Assembly (NCBI GenBank): GCA_963717465.1
Contig: OY970340.1
Coordinates: forward strand, 1,088,001-1,152,000
Direction of reading: 5' to 3'
Length of the DNA stretch: 64,000 nucleotides
Origin: Candidatus Bathyarchaeota archaeon
Lineage (GTDB): Archaea > Thermoproteota > Bathyarchaeia > Bathyarchaeales > Bathycorpusculaceae
Shown here: one piece after another, positions 62,287-64,000 of the stretch
Layout: each line of letters starts with the position of its first letter
Position numbering within the stretch: the stretch's first letter is position 1
Notes under the pieces: model-generated
The model's database searches: none
Told to the model about the DNA's origin: nothing
What the model saw: the letters and a program-made list of their open reading frames with translations, nothing else
Program-made: the position numbers and the translations under genes

Positions 62287-63141
62287 ATGAAAGAATTTGA
62301 GAAAATTAGCCCAACTGCTAAACTTGTAGCTTATTCAAGAACGTTTACTGACATTCCTTTTGCTAAAGAGATTGCAATTAAAAGTAACGCTAAACAATCC
62401 TTCGAAGAACAGACTGGGGATATTCGAGGCTCTCCAATCTGGGAAGCACGATATAAAGTCACTGACAAAATAATCAAAGAACATGGCATAACTCAAGTTT
62501 TAGAGATTGCCGCTGGGCTTTCTCCTCGTGGTTTATCGATGACAAGAAATTCCGATGTCGTATATGTAGCAACTGATTTGCCTCAAATTCTGGAAGAAGA
62601 AAAGGAAATTGCTAAGTCAATTCTTGCTCAGTCAAATGAATTACGTCCGAATCTCCACTTTCAAGCAGTAAATGCTCTTGACATGGTGAGTTTATCGAAG
62701 GCTGTTACTTTTTTCAAAAAAGACAAATCTCTTGCCTTTATCACTGAAGGACTTTTACCGTATTTTTCAATGGAAGAAAAACAAACCTTAGCTAAAAACA
62801 TCCATAAAATATTCAGTGAATATTCTGGCTGTTGGATTACTAACGAGGTTTATAGCAAGGACGCACTAAAAAAAATTAGTCAATCAGCAGATGATTTTGC
62901 TAAAAATCGTATGAAACAGGACCAGTACAATATTTTATCTGGAAACAATGTTTTCTCCGATGAGGATGAAATAAAAAGATTTTTTGAAAAAGAAGGGTTT
63001 AAAATTGAGAAATATCCTCATTCAAAAATCTTCGGGGACTTAACGTCGGTAAAAAACTTGGGTCTTAGTGAAGAAGAGATAGTAAAAGTAAAGCAAATTC
63101 TGGATATTAAAGATACACTGATTTTAACACCATCTTACTGA
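62287..63141 (+). CDS. Class I SAM-dependent methyltransferase (leucine carboxyl methyltransferase-like)
   Basis: ISPTA, EARY, VLEIAAGLSPRG, TDLP, EGLL.Y. Confidence 0.85.
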   Translation: MKEFEKISPTAKLVAYSRTFTDIPFAKEIAIKSNAKQSFEEQTGDIRGSPIWEARYKVTDKIIKEHGITQVLEIAAGLSPRGLSMTRNSDVVYVATDLPQILEEEKEIAKSILAQSNELRPNLHFQAVNALDMVSLSKAVTFFKKDKSLAFITEGLLPYFSMEEKQTLAKNIHKIFSEYSGCWITNEVYSKDALKKISQSADDFAKNRMKQDQYNILSGNNVFSDEDEIKRFFEKEGFKIEKYPHSKIFGDLTSVKNLGLSEEEIVKVKQILDIKDTLILTPSY

Positions 63142-63288
63142 TAACTGGTGTCAAATGCTTAGTATGGTTGAAGATTTTAAGAGTAGATTTAATCCGATTG
63201 ATACCACGCACAAGATGACTCATAACATACCTAAACCGAGTAAACATCACCTACCTTCTCAAAAAATCACTATTTTTTTTGGTTGGTT

Positions 63289-63305
63289 GGGTTAAATTTT
63301 AATCC
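63289..63305 (+). repeat. GGGTTAAATTTTAATCC site, copy 3
   Basis: One mismatch to 55640..55656. Confidence 0.5.
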
Positions 63306-63667
63306 ACACACTCTAATGAATTTCGGGTCAAACCAGCGCGCTCCTTAAACTCTCTAATTTGCTTTGAAAGGAAAAGCAGTGTCTCTTGCAACCTCTATTG
63401 GCACCTAAACGAAGAATTTATCATAGGTCTTTCCACCTGTAGCGCGCAAAAGGTTACATAGTGTGTAACTCTTATGCTAAGAGTATTCTTTTGCATAAGT
63501 TTGAAGAGGTCTAACGTAACTCTCCTCTGCAAATTCCACATAAATATTTTGTTTTTTCTTACTTATTAAGAATATACGAAATTTCTAAAAGTTAGAGGCA
63601 ACAAAATAAAGAACAAAAAGATAGAAAACAAACTACGCACATATTTAACAGTCAGCTGTGATTGAGC

Positions 63668-64000
63668 GTGGCATTAAACTGTTACTTACCGGGGAAAACG
63701 ATTTTGATAGATGCTTCAGGGTGGAGTGACCTCTTGTTAGGCGTAGTGGTATGTGCGCTTAAACCTCCAGACCGCATGGTGATGGAGCGCAGAATCCCGA
63801 CATCATCCTTCCAGCCGCCAAACTTCAAGAACAAGAAATATTTGGAAGATGCTGTAAAGATTGCCAATGAAATTGTCGCTGTTATGCAGCCTGACTCAGA
63901 AACCTGCTTTAAGGTTTGTTCAGAATACGTTTTATCGAGCGTAATCGAGCACTTGCAAAGCCAAGGTTTCAAAGTTGAAAAAATCGAATCAACAGGCGAC
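63668..64000 (+). CDS. Hypothetical protein, runs off the window end
   Basis: Open frame ...KTILIDASGWSDLLLGVV...FQPPNF..KKYL...VCSEYV...; absent from the ORF track because it has no stop. Confidence 0.65.
   Translation, partial: MALNCYLPGKTILIDASGWSDLLLGVVVCALKPPDRMVMERRIPTSSFQPPNFKNKKYLEDAVKIANEIVAVMQPDSETCFKVCSEYVLSSVIEHLQSQGFKVEKIESTGD

Noticed and set aside
1..64000. Genome-wide reassignment of TGA to Trp or Cys
   Set aside because: Many genes end in TGA at natural C-termini (7224, 28739, 29208, 30396, 38773, 40651, 63141), including an ATGA overlap, and TGG/TGY codons are used normally.

Overview
Archaeal accessory region, most consistent with Bathyarchaeia (inferred from gene families, not from a marker gene). 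It contains PAS histidine kinases, three corrinoid methyltransferase modules (two MtaA/URO-D-family, one MttB-superfamily) and an ABC transporter. It also has an SDR/SnoaL/flavoprotein cluster and an OYE/molybdopterin-enzyme cluster, each behind a paralogous Lrp-type regulator and sharing a ~120-bp upstream block. Other genes include ahbABCD+sirC, an ArsM fusion, several surface proteins, a type IIG-like restriction-modification gene beside a Cas1-like C-terminal remnant, and a GC-richer Fe-S/FAD oxidase operon. Two signals go beyond routine annotation. (1) In-frame TGA codons: one at the predicted Mo/W-ligand Cys position of a DMSO-reductase-family enzyme, followed directly by a bacterial-SECIS-like hairpin, and one in the MttB-like gene. 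(2) A co-oriented ~80-bp intergenic repeat built around a tRNA T-arm/3'-end core with conserved arms on both sides, found between gene modules over the first 33 kb, suggesting a cassette or recombination-site array. At least five single-base frameshifts suggest imperfect sequence quality, so all recoding claims need read-level checks.
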